42,066 bases of DNA. Source: a virus. Its lineage: Duplodnaviria > Heunggongvirae > Uroviricota > Caudoviricetes. A model generated the notes under the pieces. It was not told where the DNA came from. It did no database searches and saw nothing but the letters and a program-made list of their open reading frames with translations. Shown one piece after another: positions 17,694 through 27,639 of the stretch. The position numbers and the translations under genes are program-made. Position 1 is the first letter of the stretch; each line of letters starts with the position of its first letter. Where the stretch lies: the IMG/VR virus record IMGVR_UViG_2541047679_000006, positions 1 to 42,066 of that record; one strand, written 5' to 3'.

Positions 17694-17878
17694 ACGCCAC
17701 AATTCAAACGATACCAGAGCTTCTTATCCAGACACGAGGCAATCAGACCGAAGTGGCGAGGATGCTTTCCTGCGCAAGAGGAACAGTGCTCAAGTACAAC
17801 CGAGACAGCAAAGGTGAGCGTCACGTAATAGTTAACGGCGTCCTGATGGTCAAACAAGGCAAGAGGGGAAGACGATGA
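17690..17878 (+). CDS. ninH: NinH-like protein
   Basis: 62-aa translation (…IPELLIQTRGNQTEVARMLSCARGTVLKY…HVIVNGVLMV…) parallels lambda NinH. Confidence 0.7.
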   Translation: MNATIQTIPELLIQTRGNQTEVARMLSCARGTVLKYNRDSKGERHVIVNGVLMVKQGKRGRR

Positions 17879-18393
17879 GCATAAGAGAACTAAACCTCAC
17901 CAAAGAGCAGCACGAGTGGCTGAATGGCTGGCTTGAACTGTGGGGCGCATGGGTTTATTCAGGTCGTCTGGAAAAGCGCATGAGCAGCGTAATAGCGAAG
18001 TTCATGGAGAGCGTAGAGCCGGGAAGAGTTATGACAAGGCCAATGTGTAATGATGATGATGGAATGTTGATTTCTCAGGTCGTCGATTCCGTCATGTGCA
18101 TTGACAAGAAAGCCTTTGGAATCCTCCTCAGCTACTACGCTCATGGTTCATCTAAGCGAGCAATTGCATCCTACTATCACGCGACTGCAAAGCCACGCAA
18201 GATGTGTGGACGTGGTGGCGAGGGATGGAGAAAGCCTTCACTGGCAACCTGTAGAAACGAAATTGACGACATCCTGAAAGCGTCGTTATTTGTTTTGTAC
18301 CAACCAATGCAAAATGCTTTCAAAATGCGTAAACGTGTTGAGAAAGTTAAGCATGTTGCTGTTAAAAGCCTTGACATGCAATTAGCCATTTAG
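17875..18393 (+). CDS. Q: Late-gene antiterminator Q (phage 82/21-type family)
   Basis: 172-aa protein with LELWGAW and RPMCNDDDGMLIS motifs resembling 82-type Q proteins; last nin gene before the late promoter and lysis genes. Confidence 0.7.
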   Translation: MSIRELNLTKEQHEWLNGWLELWGAWVYSGRLEKRMSSVIAKFMESVEPGRVMTRPMCNDDDGMLISQVVDSVMCIDKKAFGILLSYYAHGSSKRAIASYYHATAKPRKMCGRGGEGWRKPSLATCRNEIDDILKASLFVLYQPMQNAFKMRKRVEKVKHVAVKSLDMQLAI

Positions 18394-18400
18394 CCATAAT
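18371..18400 (+). promoter_or_regulatory. Candidate late promoter pR' overlapping the 3' end of Q (-35 TTGACA 18371-18376; -10 CATAAT 18395-18400)
   Basis: Consensus -35 hexamer with 18-bp spacer to a -10-like hexamer. Confidence 0.4.
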
Positions 18401-18407
18401 TAGAGGG

Positions 18408-18455
18408 TAAGCTGCCGTTAGTGACTCTTAAGTTGCAACGGTGGCTTTTTTTATT
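18408..18455 (+). terminator. Candidate tR'-like terminator (imperfect hairpin plus T7 run) immediately downstream of the pR' candidate
   Basis: GCTGCCGTT…AACGGTGGC imperfect stem followed by TTTTTTTATTT; would give a short pR' transcript, the expected Q target. Confidence 0.35.
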
Positions 18456-18456
18456 T

Positions 18457-18531
18457 GGGTCAGTCGTATAAAGGTCATTACGGAAGGCTGTTAACCTTCT
18501 TATCGTGGTTCGAGTCCACGCTGTCCCGCCA
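18457..18531 (+). tRNA. tRNA-Asn-like (anticodon GUU); possibly partly degenerate
   Basis: Hand-folded cloverleaf: acceptor GGGTCAG/CTGTCCC with one T-T mismatch, anticodon stem GAAGG/CCTTC with loop CTGTTAA, T-arm CGTGG-TTCGAGT-CCACG, discriminator G, encoded CCA; D-stem has one mismatch. Confidence 0.5.
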
Positions 18532-18536
18532 AATAT

Positions 18537-18612
18537 GCTGGTTTAGCTCCAATGGTAGAGCAGTCGCCTTGTAAGCGAATGGGTAGCGGTTCAAGTCCGT
18601 TAACCAGCACCA
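18537..18612 (+). tRNA. tRNA-Thr (anticodon UGU)
   Basis: Canonical 76-nt cloverleaf by hand: acceptor GCTGGTT/AACCAGC, D-arm GCTC-CAATGGTA-GAGC, anticodon loop CTTGTAA, T-arm AGCGG-TTCAAGT-CCGTT, discriminator A, encoded CCA. Confidence 0.7.
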
Positions 18613-18854
18613 TAACTGAGCCGTAGCCACTGGCTATCCTGGATTCATCAGTGATAGTTACGCTGCGGCCTTCTACACATGACCTTCGTGAAAGCGGGTG
18701 GCAAGAGGTTGCGCTAACAACCTCCTGCCGTTTTGCCCGTGCATATCGGTCACGAACAAATCTGATTACTAAACACAGTAGCCTGGATTTGTTCTATCAG
18801 TAATCGACCTTATTCCTAATTAAATAGAGCAAATCCCCTTATTGGGGGTAAGAC

Positions 18855-19178
18855 ATGAAGATGCCAGAAAAACATGACCTGTTAGCCGCCATTCTCGCGG
18901 CAAAGGAACAAGGCATCGGGGCAATCCTTGCGTTTGCAATGGCGTACCTTCGCGGCAGATATAATGGCGGTGCGTTTACAAAAACAGTAATCGACGCAAC
19001 GATGTGCGCCATTATCGCCTGGTTCATTCGTGACCTTCTCGACTTCGCCGGACTAAGTAGCAATCTCGCTTATATAACAAGCGTGTTCATCGGCTACATC
19101 GGTACTGACTCGATTGGTTCGCTTATCAAACGCTTCGCTGCTAAAAAAGCCGGAGTAGAAGATGGTGGAAATCAATAA
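18855..19178 (+). CDS. S: Holin S (lambda class I holin with dual-start motif)
   Basis: 107-aa translation [39 protein letters not shown]… is near-identical to lambda S; Met1-Lys2-Met3 starts present; upstream sequence matches the lambda S leader. Confidence 0.95.
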   Translation: MKMPEKHDLLAAILAAKEQGIGAILAFAMAYLRGRYNGGAFTKTVIDATMCAIIAWFIRDLLDFAGLSSNLAYITSVFIGYIGTDSIGSLIKRFAAKKAGVEDGGNQ

Positions 19179-19638
19179 TCAACGTAAGGCGTTCCTCGAT
19201 ATGCTGGCGTGGTCAGAAGGAACAGATAACGGACGGCAGAAAACCAGAAATCACGGTTATGATGTTATTGTCGGTGGCGAGCTGTTCACTGATTACTCCG
19301 ATCACCCCCGCAAACTTGTCACGCTAAATCCGAAACTCAAATCAACAGCCGCCGGACGTTACCAGCTTCTTTCCCGTTGGTGGGATGCCTATCGTAAGCA
19401 GCTTGGCCTGAAAGACTTCTCTCCGAAAAGCCAGGACGCTGTGGCACTGCAACAGATTAAAGAGCGTGGCGCTTTACCGATGATTGATCGCGGTGATATT
19501 CGTCAGGCTATCGACCGTTGCAGCAATATCTGGGCTTCACTGCCTGGCGCTGGTTATGGTCAGTTCGAGCATAAGGCTGACAGCCTGATTGCAAAATTCA
19601 AAGAGGCTGGCGGAACGGTCAGAGAGATTGAGGTATGA
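19162..19638 (+). CDS. R: Endolysin R (lytic transglycosylase)
   Basis: 158-aa translation [49 protein letters not shown]… matches lambda R. Confidence 0.95.
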   Translation: MVEINNQRKAFLDMLAWSEGTDNGRQKTRNHGYDVIVGGELFTDYSDHPRKLVTLNPKLKSTAAGRYQLLSRWWDAYRKQLGLKDFSPKSQDAVALQQIKERGALPMIDRGDIRQAIDRCSNIWASLPGAGYGQFEHKADSLIAKFKEAGGTVREIEV

Positions 19639-20072
19639 GCAGAGTCGCCGCGATTATTTATGCTCTGGTTATCTGCATCATCGTCTGCCTGTCATGGGCT
19701 GTTAATCATTACCGTGATAACGCCACCGCCTACAAAGAGCAGCGCGATAAAGCCATATCCATCATCGCTGATATGCAGAAGCGGCAACGTGATGTAGCAG
19801 AACTCGACGCCAGATACACAAAGGAGCTTGCTGATGCTAACGCGACTATCGAAAGTCTCCGTGCTGATGTTTCTGCTGGGCGTAAGCGCCTGCAAGTCGC
19901 CGCCACCTGTGCAAAGTCAACGACCGGAGCCAGCGGCATGGGCGATGGAGAAAGCCCAAGACTTACAGCAGATGCTGAACTCAATTATTACCGTCTCCGA
20001 AGTGGAATCGACAAGATAACCGCGCAGGTTAACTACCTGCAGGAGTACATCAGGACGCAATGCCTGAAATAA
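19635..20072 (+). CDS. Rz: i-spanin Rz
   Basis: 145-aa translation [30 protein letters not shown]… parallels lambda Rz; N-terminal TM segment. Confidence 0.9.
   Translation: MSRVAAIIYALVICIIVCLSWAVNHYRDNATAYKEQRDKAISIIADMQKRQRDVAELDARYTKELADANATIESLRADVSAGRKRLQVAATCAKSTTGASGMGDGESPRLTADAELNYYRLRSGIDKITAQVNYLQEYIRTQCLK
19834..20019 (+). CDS. Rz1: o-spanin Rz1 (lipoprotein, embedded in the +1 frame of Rz)
   Basis: Embedded ORF with lipobox (LLGVSAC) and proline-rich mature region; AAGGAG RBS 7 nt before the ATG at 19834. Confidence 0.8.
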   Translation: MLTRLSKVSVLMFLLGVSACKSPPPVQSQRPEPAAWAMEKAQDLQQMLNSIITVSEVESTR

Positions 20073-20104
20073 TTTTTTTGCAAATCACAAAGTCAATTTA
20101 ATGA

Positions 20105-20128
20105 GCCTCGCGATGCGGGGCTTTTTTA
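20105..20128 (+). terminator. Intrinsic terminator after the lysis cassette (GCCTCGC-GAT-GCGGGGC plus T6)
   Basis: 7-bp stem with one G-U wobble, followed by TTTTTT. Confidence 0.5.
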
Positions 20129-20274
20129 TGTCCGCAGTAAACGCGCTTCACACGCGCGACTTATGAACACAGAACCTTTCAGGATGACCCTTGAGGATGC
20201 CGGTTTGGTGATCGGTGCCTTTCTGTGGGCCGGAATCCTGTGTGACAAGGTTCATCACTAAAAGGTGAACACTG

Positions 20275-20817
20275 ATGAATTATCCAACTATCGTTAACGG
20301 CATCGATTTCCGAGATCTGATTTTTGTGGCAAACAACGATCCGGTTACAGATTCTTTTATGGTGGCAAAAGCATTTGGAAAGCTGCCGAAGAACGTGGTT
20401 CGTGACATTGAACGAACCATAGAAGCTTGCCCTCCTGAGTTTGATACAAAGCTCAACTTTGAGCTTTGCTATAAAAACAATGAGTTACAGAATGGTAAGC
20501 CGCAAAAATTCTACCGTCTCCGCAAGGATGGGTTGATGCTTTTGGTTATGTCCTACACCAAAAAAGAAGCAATGCGTATCAAAATTGCTTACATCAACGC
20601 ATTCAACTGGATGTACGCCATGCTTCAGGTTGGTCATCGTCAATTTGAAGAAGAGAGAAATGCCGTAATGCTGGAGTACATGAAAGAGAAGGATGTTGCC
20701 AGCATGTCAGGCCGCCTGCTTAATCGCTGGGGAAAAATTAAGAAGCCTCAGCTACTGGCGAGAATTGAACGCCTTGAACAGCACGGGCAAACCGTAATCC
20801 CCGGACTCACCAATTAA
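20275..20817 (+). CDS. rha: Rha-family phage regulatory protein
   Basis: N-terminal motif …PVTDSFMVAKAFGKLPKNVVRDIERTI… and …DGLMLLVMSYTKKEAMRIKIAYINAF… fit the Rha family signature as I recall it. Confidence 0.6.
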   Translation: MNYPTIVNGIDFRDLIFVANNDPVTDSFMVAKAFGKLPKNVVRDIERTIEACPPEFDTKLNFELCYKNNELQNGKPQKFYRLRKDGLMLLVMSYTKKEAMRIKIAYINAFNWMYAMLQVGHRQFEEERNAVMLEYMKEKDVASMSGRLLNRWGKIKKPQLLARIERLEQHGQTVIPGLTN

Positions 20818-21044
20818 CGGCAGTACAGCGAAACAACCCAAGCCAGAAAGTGGGGAAATAACACTGGCAGCCACTGAAAGATGAACCTCCTGCCTTATGG
20901 CAAGAAAGATTCTTTGTGGTGGCGGACTGATGGAAAGACATCGGTTATTGCAGAGGTCATTCAATGAGTGGTCTCGACAATGGCTTATACCCTACACGGG
21001 ATAACTTAACTGATATCCCTTTTAACGGATAAACGGAGCCAACA

Positions 21045-21287
21045 ATGGCAGAGATTATTCCCATGACTGAAGAACAGAAATTCCAGTTAGAGATTTACAA
21101 GCTGGTCATGAACCAGAACGCAGCCGCAGAAGAAGCATTTCAATTCATTGGCACTGACGAGCTGAAGCTTGAGCTATTCAAAATTCACTTCCAGTCAGGC
21201 GGCGCTAATTCAGATATCACGACCCGCACTATCGAAGCGGTACGTAAATCGAAGGAGGCGTTAGACCTGTTCACTACCGGAGCATAA
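21045..21287 (+). CDS. Hypothetical protein (80 aa) upstream of the small terminase
   Basis: ATG with ACGGAG RBS; unrecognised. Confidence 0.4.
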   Translation: MAEIIPMTEEQKFQLEIYKLVMNQNAAAEEAFQFIGTDELKLELFKIHFQSGGANSDITTRTIEAVRKSKEALDLFTTGA

Positions 21288-21289
21288 AC

Positions 21290-21730
21290 ATGGCGCGCCC
21301 AACAAAGTATCAAGAGGCGTATGCCGAACAGGCACGCAAACTGTGCTTGCTGGGCTACACCGATGCAGAGCTTGCTGATTTCTTCGAAGTCAGTGAGTCA
21401 ACTATTAACAAGTGGAAGCTTGATTATCCTGAGTTTTCGGAGTCCATAAAAAAGGGTAAGGCCGTCGCTGATGCAGAAGTTAGTGATCGTCTTTATCAAC
21501 GCGCTATGGGCTTCGTGGCTCCAGACATCGATATTCGTGTTATTGAAAACAGAATTGTCGAAACTCCGCTTGAGAAGTATTACCCGCCTGATACAACCGC
21601 CGCCATCTTCTGGCTTAAGAACCGACAGAAGGATAAATGGCGCGATAAGGTTGATCACGAGCTAACAGGCAAAGACGGCGGCGCAATCCAGATTGAAACA
21701 TCACCGATGAGCACTCTATTCGGAAAATGA
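21290..21730 (+). CDS. Terminase small subunit (HTH-containing)
   Basis: 146-aa protein immediately upstream of and overlapping the large terminase; N-terminal HTH-like region typical of TerS. Confidence 0.65.
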   Translation: MARPTKYQEAYAEQARKLCLLGYTDAELADFFEVSESTINKWKLDYPEFSESIKKGKAVADAEVSDRLYQRAMGFVAPDIDIRVIENRIVETPLEKYYPPDTTAAIFWLKNRQKDKWRDKVDHELTGKDGGAIQIETSPMSTLFGK

Positions 21731-23142
21731 CCTCGATTAATCCTATCTTTGAACCGTTCATTGAGGCGCATCGCTATAAAGTCGCCAAAGGCGGTCGAGG
21801 TAGCGGTAAGTCATGGGCAATCGCGAGGCTGCTTGTTGAAGCGGCGCGTCGGCAGCCGGTGCGTATTCTCTGCGCTCGTGAACTGCAAAACAGTATCAGC
21901 GATTCGGTAATCCGGTTGCTTGAAGACACCATAGAGCGGGAAGGGTATTCGGCTGAGTTTGAAATTCAGCGTTCAATGATTCGTCATCTCGGAACGAATG
22001 CTGAGTTCATGTTCTACGGCATCAAAAACAACCCGACGAAGATTAAATCGCTCGAAGGCATTGATATCTGCTGGGTGGAGGAAGCGGAAGCGGTAACGAA
22101 GGAATCATGGGATATCCTGATACCAACCATCCGCAAGCCATTTTCCGAAATATGGGTGAGCTTCAACCCGAAAAACATCCTCGACGATACCTATCAGCGA
22201 TTCGTAGTAAACCCTCCCGATGATATTTGTCTGCTGACGGTGAACTACACCGACAACCCGCACTTTCCTGAAGTTCTCCGTCTGGAGATGGAAGAGTGCA
22301 AACGCAGAAATCCGACACTGTATCGTCACATCTGGCTTGGTGAGCCGGTAAGCGCAAGTGATATGGCAATCATCAAACGTGAATGGCTTGAAGCCGCAAC
22401 CGATGCGCACAAGAAACTCGGATGGAAAGCGAAAGGTGCGGTTGTTTCTGCGCATGACCCGTCAGATACAGGGCCAGATGCTAAAGGTTACGCATCGCGT
22501 CACGGTTCGGTGGTTAAGCGCATTGCCGAAGGTCTGCTGATGGACATCAACGAGGGTGCTGACTGGGCTACTTCGCTGGCGATTGAAGACAGCGCTGACC
22601 ATTACCTGTGGGATGGTGATGGCGTCGGTGCGGGGCTACGCAGACAGACAACGGAAGCATTCTCCGGTAAGAAAATCACCGCCACGATGTTCAAGGGCAG
22701 TGAATCGCCATTCGATGAAGATGCGCCGTATCAGGCCGGAGCATGGGCTGATGAAGTCGTACAGGGCGACAACGTTCGCACTATTGGTGATGTGTTCCGC
22801 AATAAGCGAGCGCAATTCTATTACGCGCTGGCTGACAGGCTGTATCTGACATATCGGGCGGTTGTCCACGGTGAGTATGCAGACCCCGACGACATGCTGA
22901 GCTTCGACAAAGAAGCGATAGGCGAGAAGATGCTGGAGAAGCTGTTTGCAGAACTGACGCAGATTCAGCGCAAATTCAATAATAACGGGAAGCTGGAGCT
23001 TATGACTAAGGTCGAAATGAAGCAGAAGCTCGGTATCCCATCTCCTAACCTGGCTGATGCGCTGATGATGTGTATGCATTGCCCGGAGTCGGCTGCGCAA
23101 CCCGACTATTCCAGTTACTCAATTCCTTGTGGTGTAGGTTGA
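21727..23142 (+). CDS. Terminase large subunit (ATPase/nuclease)
   Basis: 471-aa translation with Walker A (GGRGSGKS) and acidic Walker B-like (CWVEEAE) motifs; directly upstream of the portal gene. Confidence 0.9.
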   Translation: MTSINPIFEPFIEAHRYKVAKGGRGSGKSWAIARLLVEAARRQPVRILCARELQNSISDSVIRLLEDTIEREGYSAEFEIQRSMIRHLGTNAEFMFYGIKNNPTKIKSLEGIDICWVEEAEAVTKESWDILIPTIRKPFSEIWVSFNPKNILDDTYQRFVVNPPDDICLLTVNYTDNPHFPEVLRLEMEECKRRNPTLYRHIWLGEPVSASDMAIIKREWLEAATDAHKKLGWKAKGAVVSAHDPSDTGPDAKGYASRHGSVVKRIAEGLLMDINEGADWATSLAIEDSADHYLWDGDGVGAGLRRQTTEAFSGKKITATMFKGSESPFDEDAPYQAGAWADEVVQGDNVRTIGDVFRNKRAQFYYALADRLYLTYRAVVHGEYADPDDMLSFDKEAIGEKMLEKLFAELTQIQRKFNNNGKLELMTKVEMKQKLGIPSPNLADALMMCMHCPESAAQPDYSSYSIPCGVG

Positions 23143-23143
23143 T

Positions 23144-25342
23144 ATGGCAGAAAAAAAGATGACTGACTGGCATCGCAAGGTGCTGTGCAACTTTGATAAT
23201 GCCTGGTCAGCAACGCAGGATATGCGTGAGCAGATTATTGAGGCTCAACGTTTCGTCCGGGTGTCCGGCGCACAGTGGGAAGGCAGCACAAACGCTGGTT
23301 ACTCATTTGATGAAGGCAGGTTTGAGCATTACCCGCGCTTTGAACTGAATAAGATTGCCCGTGAATGTGATCGCATCATTGGCGAGTATCGACAGAATCG
23401 CATCAGCGTTAAATTCAGGCCGAAGGACGATAAGGCATCGGAAGCGTTAGCCGAAAAGATGAACGGCAAATTCCGCGCTGACTATCAGGAAACATCCGGT
23501 GGCGAAGCGTGTGATAACGCATTTGATGATGCTGTAACGGGCGGATTCGGTTGTTTCCGCATGTGTGCCGATTACGAAGATGAAATGGATCCGAGTAACG
23601 AGCAGCGCCGCATCAGCCTTCTTCCTGTTTACGACCCAGCGACATGCGTCTTCTTCGATCAGGACAGCAAGCAATATGACCGTTCTGATGCTATGTGGGC
23701 TATGGAAATGTTCTCCATGACGCCTAAAGCGTTCGAGACTGAATACCCTGATTCCATCGCGGCAAGCCTTTCTCGTGATGACACTGGCACTCAGTATGAC
23801 TGGTCAACGCCCGATGCCATCTATGTTGGACGCTACTACGAAGTTCGCATAGAGAAGGTGAAGCTCACGGCGTGGCGCAACCCTGTTAGCGGAGAAACGG
23901 CAATCTATGATGAAGAGCAAATCAAAGATATTGTTGACGAGCTGACCGATGGCGCATTCGAACTGATTGGCGAGCGGACAGTGAAGAAACGCCGCGTTTA
24001 TTGCGGCCTTCTGTCTGGCGCTGAATGGCTGGAAGAACCGAAGCGTATTCCGGGCGAACATATTCCTCTCATCCCGGTATATGGGCGTCGCTCATTTGTT
24101 GATAATCAGGAGCGAATCGAAGGCCACGCTGCAAAAGCGATGGATGCACAGCGTCTTGAGAACCTGATGGTTTCCATGATTGCAGATAACGCTACTCAGG
24201 CTGGCGGTGATGGCATTCCTATCGTGGATGTTGATTTCATTCCCGGTCCATTAATGAATCACTGGGCAGAGAGGAATAAGAAAAGACCAGCAGTTCTTCC
24301 CATGACCAGCAAGAAGGACAAAAACGGAACGGTCATTTCAGAGGCTCAGGTTGCTGGCTGGACGCCTCCGACACAAATGCCTCCAGCTCTTGCCGGGCTA
24401 TTGCAGTACACCGGAACGGCTATTCAGCAAATTACAGGTGCTTCGCAGCTTGAGAACATGCCGAGCAACGTCGCCACCGATACCGTTGATAGCATTTTTA
24501 ACCGGATGGACACGCAGTCCTATATCTACATGGACAACATGGCTAAATCCATGCGTCGCGCTGGCGTTGTGTGGCTTTCTATGGCGCGTGAAGTCTATGG
24601 CAGCGATACGCCGATGCGTATCGTTAATGAGGACGGCAGCGATGACGTGGCGCTGATGACTGGTGAAGTGGTTGACCGTCAGACAGGGCAGGTTATCGCG
24701 CTTAACGACCTTTCGCAGGGTAACTATGAAGTGACTGTCGATGTCGGTCAGTCGTTCGCTACTCGCCGTGATGCAACGGTTAAGTCGTTACTTTCCATGC
24801 TGGCACTTATCCCGCCAGGAACGCCGAAGCATGACCTTGTATCGTCGATGATTCTCGACAATATGGACGGCGAAGGGATGGACGACCTGAAAGAATACAA
24901 CCGCAATCAGTTGCTTCTGTCTGGCGTTATCAAGCCGAGAACGCCTGAAGAACAGCAAATGGTTGAGCAGGCGAAACAACAACAGGCCAGTCAGCCAGAT
25001 CCGGCTATGGTTGCTGCGCAAGGTCAGCTTCTTGCTGGTCAGGCTGAATTGCAGAAAGCGCAGAACGAACAAGCAGCCATTCAGGTTAAAGCATTCCAGG
25101 CACAGACGGATGCTCAGGTTGCTGCGGCAAATGTTGTGAAAATCCTCGCATCTGCCGATAGCCAGCAAAAATCTGATATCCGTGAGGCGCTGAAACTGCT
25201 CGGACAGTTCCAGCAACAGCAAGGAGATAATGCCCGTGCTGATGCAGAGCTTGTCCTGAAGAGTCAGGCGCAGGGCCATGCGCAGCGCATGGACATCAAC
25301 AGCATCCTGCAAAAATCAACTCAGCAACAACCACAGCAGTAA
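23144..25342 (+). CDS. Portal protein (P22 gp1-like)
   Basis: 732-aa translation co-linear with P22 portal as I recall it (…KRRRVY…GEHIPLIPVYG…PETPEEQQ…AQGQLLAGQAELQKAQNEQ…). Confidence 0.9.
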   Translation: MAEKKMTDWHRKVLCNFDNAWSATQDMREQIIEAQRFVRVSGAQWEGSTNAGYSFDEGRFEHYPRFELNKIARECDRIIGEYRQNRISVKFRPKDDKASEALAEKMNGKFRADYQETSGGEACDNAFDDAVTGGFGCFRMCADYEDEMDPSNEQRRISLLPVYDPATCVFFDQDSKQYDRSDAMWAMEMFSMTPKAFETEYPDSIAASLSRDDTGTQYDWSTPDAIYVGRYYEVRIEKVKLTAWRNPVSGETAIYDEEQIKDIVDELTDGAFELIGERTVKKRRVYCGLLSGAEWLEEPKRIPGEHIPLIPVYGRRSFVDNQERIEGHAAKAMDAQRLENLMVSMIADNATQAGGDGIPIVDVDFIPGPLMNHWAERNKKRPAVLPMTSKKDKNGTVISEAQVAGWTPPTQMPPALAGLLQYTGTAIQQITGASQLENMPSNVATDTVDSIFNRMDTQSYIYMDNMAKSMRRAGVVWLSMAREVYGSDTPMRIVNEDGSDDVALMTGEVVDRQTGQVIALNDLSQGNYEVTVDVGQSFATRRDATVKSLLSMLALIPPGTPKHDLVSSMILDNMDGEGMDDLKEYNRNQLLLSGVIKPRTPEEQQMVEQAKQQQASQPDPAMVAAQGQLLAGQAELQKAQNEQAAIQVKAFQAQTDAQVAAANVVKILASADSQQKSDIREALKLLGQFQQQQGDNARADAELVLKSQAQGHAQRMDINSILQKSTQQQPQQ

Positions 25343-25432
25343 TTAACCCATAACGTGCAATGGCTGTCTTTATGAGGCCTGGCACCCTATTGCCTTCCGA
25401 TGGGCTGAACATCGAGTAAACAGGGGTAAAAA

Positions 25433-26326
25433 ATGGACCAGATGGCAGAAAACACACCAGAAGTTGAAATCGAAACCGACGCGTCAGAGCAGATTCCTGA
25501 TGATGTCGAACTGGCTGAAGAAGTCGAAACAGCAGATGGCAGTGAGTCCTCAGGAAATGATGCAGAGGAAGCTACTGACACTGATGACGACGAATCAGAA
25601 CAGGAATTCTACTTTGGTGACGAAAAGCTGGATTCGCCAACCAGCGAAGATGGAGCTGAGCATGGACTGGTAAAACACTTGCGCAAGACGATTAAAGAGA
25701 AAGACCGCGAGCTGAAAGAGCTGATGCGTCAGTCTCAGAAACCCGTCGAGCAGCAGCCGGTAATCACTCAACCACCGCGAATGCCAAAACTGGACGATGA
25801 GGACATCGGTTTCGATGAAGAAATCTACCAGCAACGCATGGCTAAGTGGGCAGAGGATAACGGCAAATACCAGGAGCAAGTACGAGAGCGGAAACGAGAG
25901 GAAGAGGCGCGTACCGCAACGCTTCAGCAGAAAGCAGCCAATTACATGCAGAGAGTAAAAGCACTGAAAGTGGCTGGCTACCAGGATGCAGAGCAGGCTG
26001 TACGCGAAGATGTTCCTGTTCATATTCAGGACATGATCCTTCTTGAGTCAGAGAAGCCGGAAATCGTTGTTCTGGCGCTCGGTCGCAACGCTGAACTGCG
26101 CAAGCAACTGGCAGAAGCTACCAACCCCGTAGCAATTGGTCGTCTGCTGGAACGTATCGAATCGAAGGCCAGAATCATGCCAAAAGCAAAAACCACGGCA
26201 GCCACAACCCCGACAGTTAAGGGGAGCAACGGCGCAGTAATCAACAACCTCGACAAATTGAAAGCCAAGGCGCTGGAAACTGGTGACTGGACGCCGTATT
26301 TCGCCGCTAAAAAGGCAAAAAAATAA
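25433..26326 (+). CDS. Scaffolding protein (P22 gp8-like)
   Basis: 297-aa acidic, helical protein between portal and coat genes. Confidence 0.75.
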   Translation: MDQMAENTPEVEIETDASEQIPDDVELAEEVETADGSESSGNDAEEATDTDDDESEQEFYFGDEKLDSPTSEDGAEHGLVKHLRKTIKEKDRELKELMRQSQKPVEQQPVITQPPRMPKLDDEDIGFDEEIYQQRMAKWAEDNGKYQEQVRERKREEEARTATLQQKAANYMQRVKALKVAGYQDAEQAVREDVPVHIQDMILLESEKPEIVVLALGRNAELRKQLAEATNPVAIGRLLERIESKARIMPKAKTTAATTPTVKGSNGAVINNLDKLKAKALETGDWTPYFAAKKAKK

Positions 26327-26344
26327 CCTATCGGAGCATTAAGC

Positions 26345-27598
26345 ATGGCTAACCAATTAGCAAAAGACCTTGAAATCATGTTCGAAAACTACGTTGAAGG
26401 CTTTGAGGCCGCCTGCGTAGTTTCCCGTAACGCTAAAAAATTCCGTCCCGGTGATACAGCAATGCAGCGAGCAGGTGATGTTCTGTATCGTCCGCAGCAT
26501 TACCACATGAACATTGAGGAAGGCCTCGATCTCAGCAGCAAAACGCCTACAGCACTGGTTCAGCGCCTTGTTCCTTCTGTGTTCAAGGAGCCGAAAAACA
26601 TTCTGTACACTCTGGATGCGCGTGAAATGCGTGACCCTGAGCATAAAACTGAAGCTGGTCGCGCCGCAGGTATGCGCCTTGCTGCACAGATTGACTCTGA
26701 CCTGATTTCCATGGTTACGCAGCGTGCTACTAACGTGATCACAATGTCTGACTCAACCACAGGTACACAGGGCCGTGATTTGTGGAACTGTGCGGCAGGT
26801 ATTGATGCCACCATGACGGCGATTGGTGTACCGCAGGGTATCAACCGTCGCTCTTTCTGGAACCCCTTCAACTACAAAGACCTTGCTGGCGAGCTTGGTC
26901 ACCGTGCCTACGCTCAGGGCGCAACCCTGACAGCATACGAAAAAGCGCAGATCCCTCCGGTTGCTTCCTTTGATAGCTACAAGACCGATATTTCTGGTCG
27001 ATTACCGAAAGGAAGCGCTGAATCCTTGACAGTATCAGGCCAACCTGAACACAAGGTTGAAGCGAAAGATTCAAATGGTATGCCAGTTGATAACCGACAG
27101 GGGACTATTACGGTATCTGCATCTGGCTTGCAGGTTGGTGATGCGTTCACCATTGCCGGTGTGAATTCCGTACACCAGATCACAAAAGATACCACCGGGC
27201 AACCGCAGGTATTCCGTGTTCTGGCTGTTAGCGGAACTACCGTAACAATCTCTCCAAAGATTCTCCCTGTTGAAAATACCGATGTTGCGAGTCGTCCATA
27301 TGCAAACGTCGATGCCAAACCGGCAGAATCAGCAGCAATCACCATTCTCAACAAGAACGCAGCACCTGCTAACCTGTTCTGGGCTGATGGTTCTGTTGAG
27401 CTGATGTACGGCAAACTAGCGTTCCCGACTGGTCAGGGTCCACAGGTAATGACAGCAACCACCGAGCAGGGCGCTACGCTGATCATGTCTTACGCCTTCG
27501 ACCACATCAAAGGCGTAACCACTGCTCGTTTCACCACTCTGTACGGTTGCTCTGTACTTGTTCCTGAATATACGGGCATCGTTATTGCCGGGCAGTAA
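26345..27598 (+). CDS. Major capsid (coat) protein (P22/Sf6 gp5-like)
   Basis: 417-aa ORF after the scaffold gene, followed by a strong terminator; size and position match P22-like coat proteins. Confidence 0.85.
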   Translation: MANQLAKDLEIMFENYVEGFEAACVVSRNAKKFRPGDTAMQRAGDVLYRPQHYHMNIEEGLDLSSKTPTALVQRLVPSVFKEPKNILYTLDAREMRDPEHKTEAGRAAGMRLAAQIDSDLISMVTQRATNVITMSDSTTGTQGRDLWNCAAGIDATMTAIGVPQGINRRSFWNPFNYKDLAGELGHRAYAQGATLTAYEKAQIPPVASFDSYKTDISGRLPKGSAESLTVSGQPEHKVEAKDSNGMPVDNRQGTITVSASGLQVGDAFTIAGVNSVHQITKDTTGQPQVFRVLAVSGTTVTISPKILPVENTDVASRPYANVDAKPAESAAITILNKNAAPANLFWADGSVELMYGKLAFPTGQGPQVMTATTEQGATLIMSYAFDHIKGVTTARFTTLYGCSVLVPEYTGIVIAGQ

Positions 27599-27605
27599 TT
27601 TTGGT

Positions 27606-27628
27606 GGGGCTTCGGCCCCATTTTTATT
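27606..27628 (+). terminator. Intrinsic terminator after the coat gene (GGGGC-TTCG-GCCCC plus T-run)
   Basis: Perfect GC stem with TTCG tetraloop followed by ATTTTTATT. Confidence 0.6.
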
Positions 27629-27639
27629 GGGAGAAGACA

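Noticed and set aside
18693-18735. Hairpin GGCAAGAGGTTG-CGCTAA-CAACCTCCTGCC followed by GTTTTG, considered as tR'
   Set aside because: It lies ~300 nt downstream of the candidate pR' and after the tRNAs, in sequence that matches the lambda S leader; more likely a conserved leader structure than the pR'-proximal terminator.
18393-18855. Possible toxin or virulence cargo (e.g. stx) between Q and S
   Set aside because: The interval contains only the candidate pR'/tR', two tRNAs and lambda-like leader sequence; no protein-sized ORF.
20752-20964. 70-aa minus-strand ORF
   Set aside because: Overlaps the 3' end of rha antisense and has no RBS; likely spurious.
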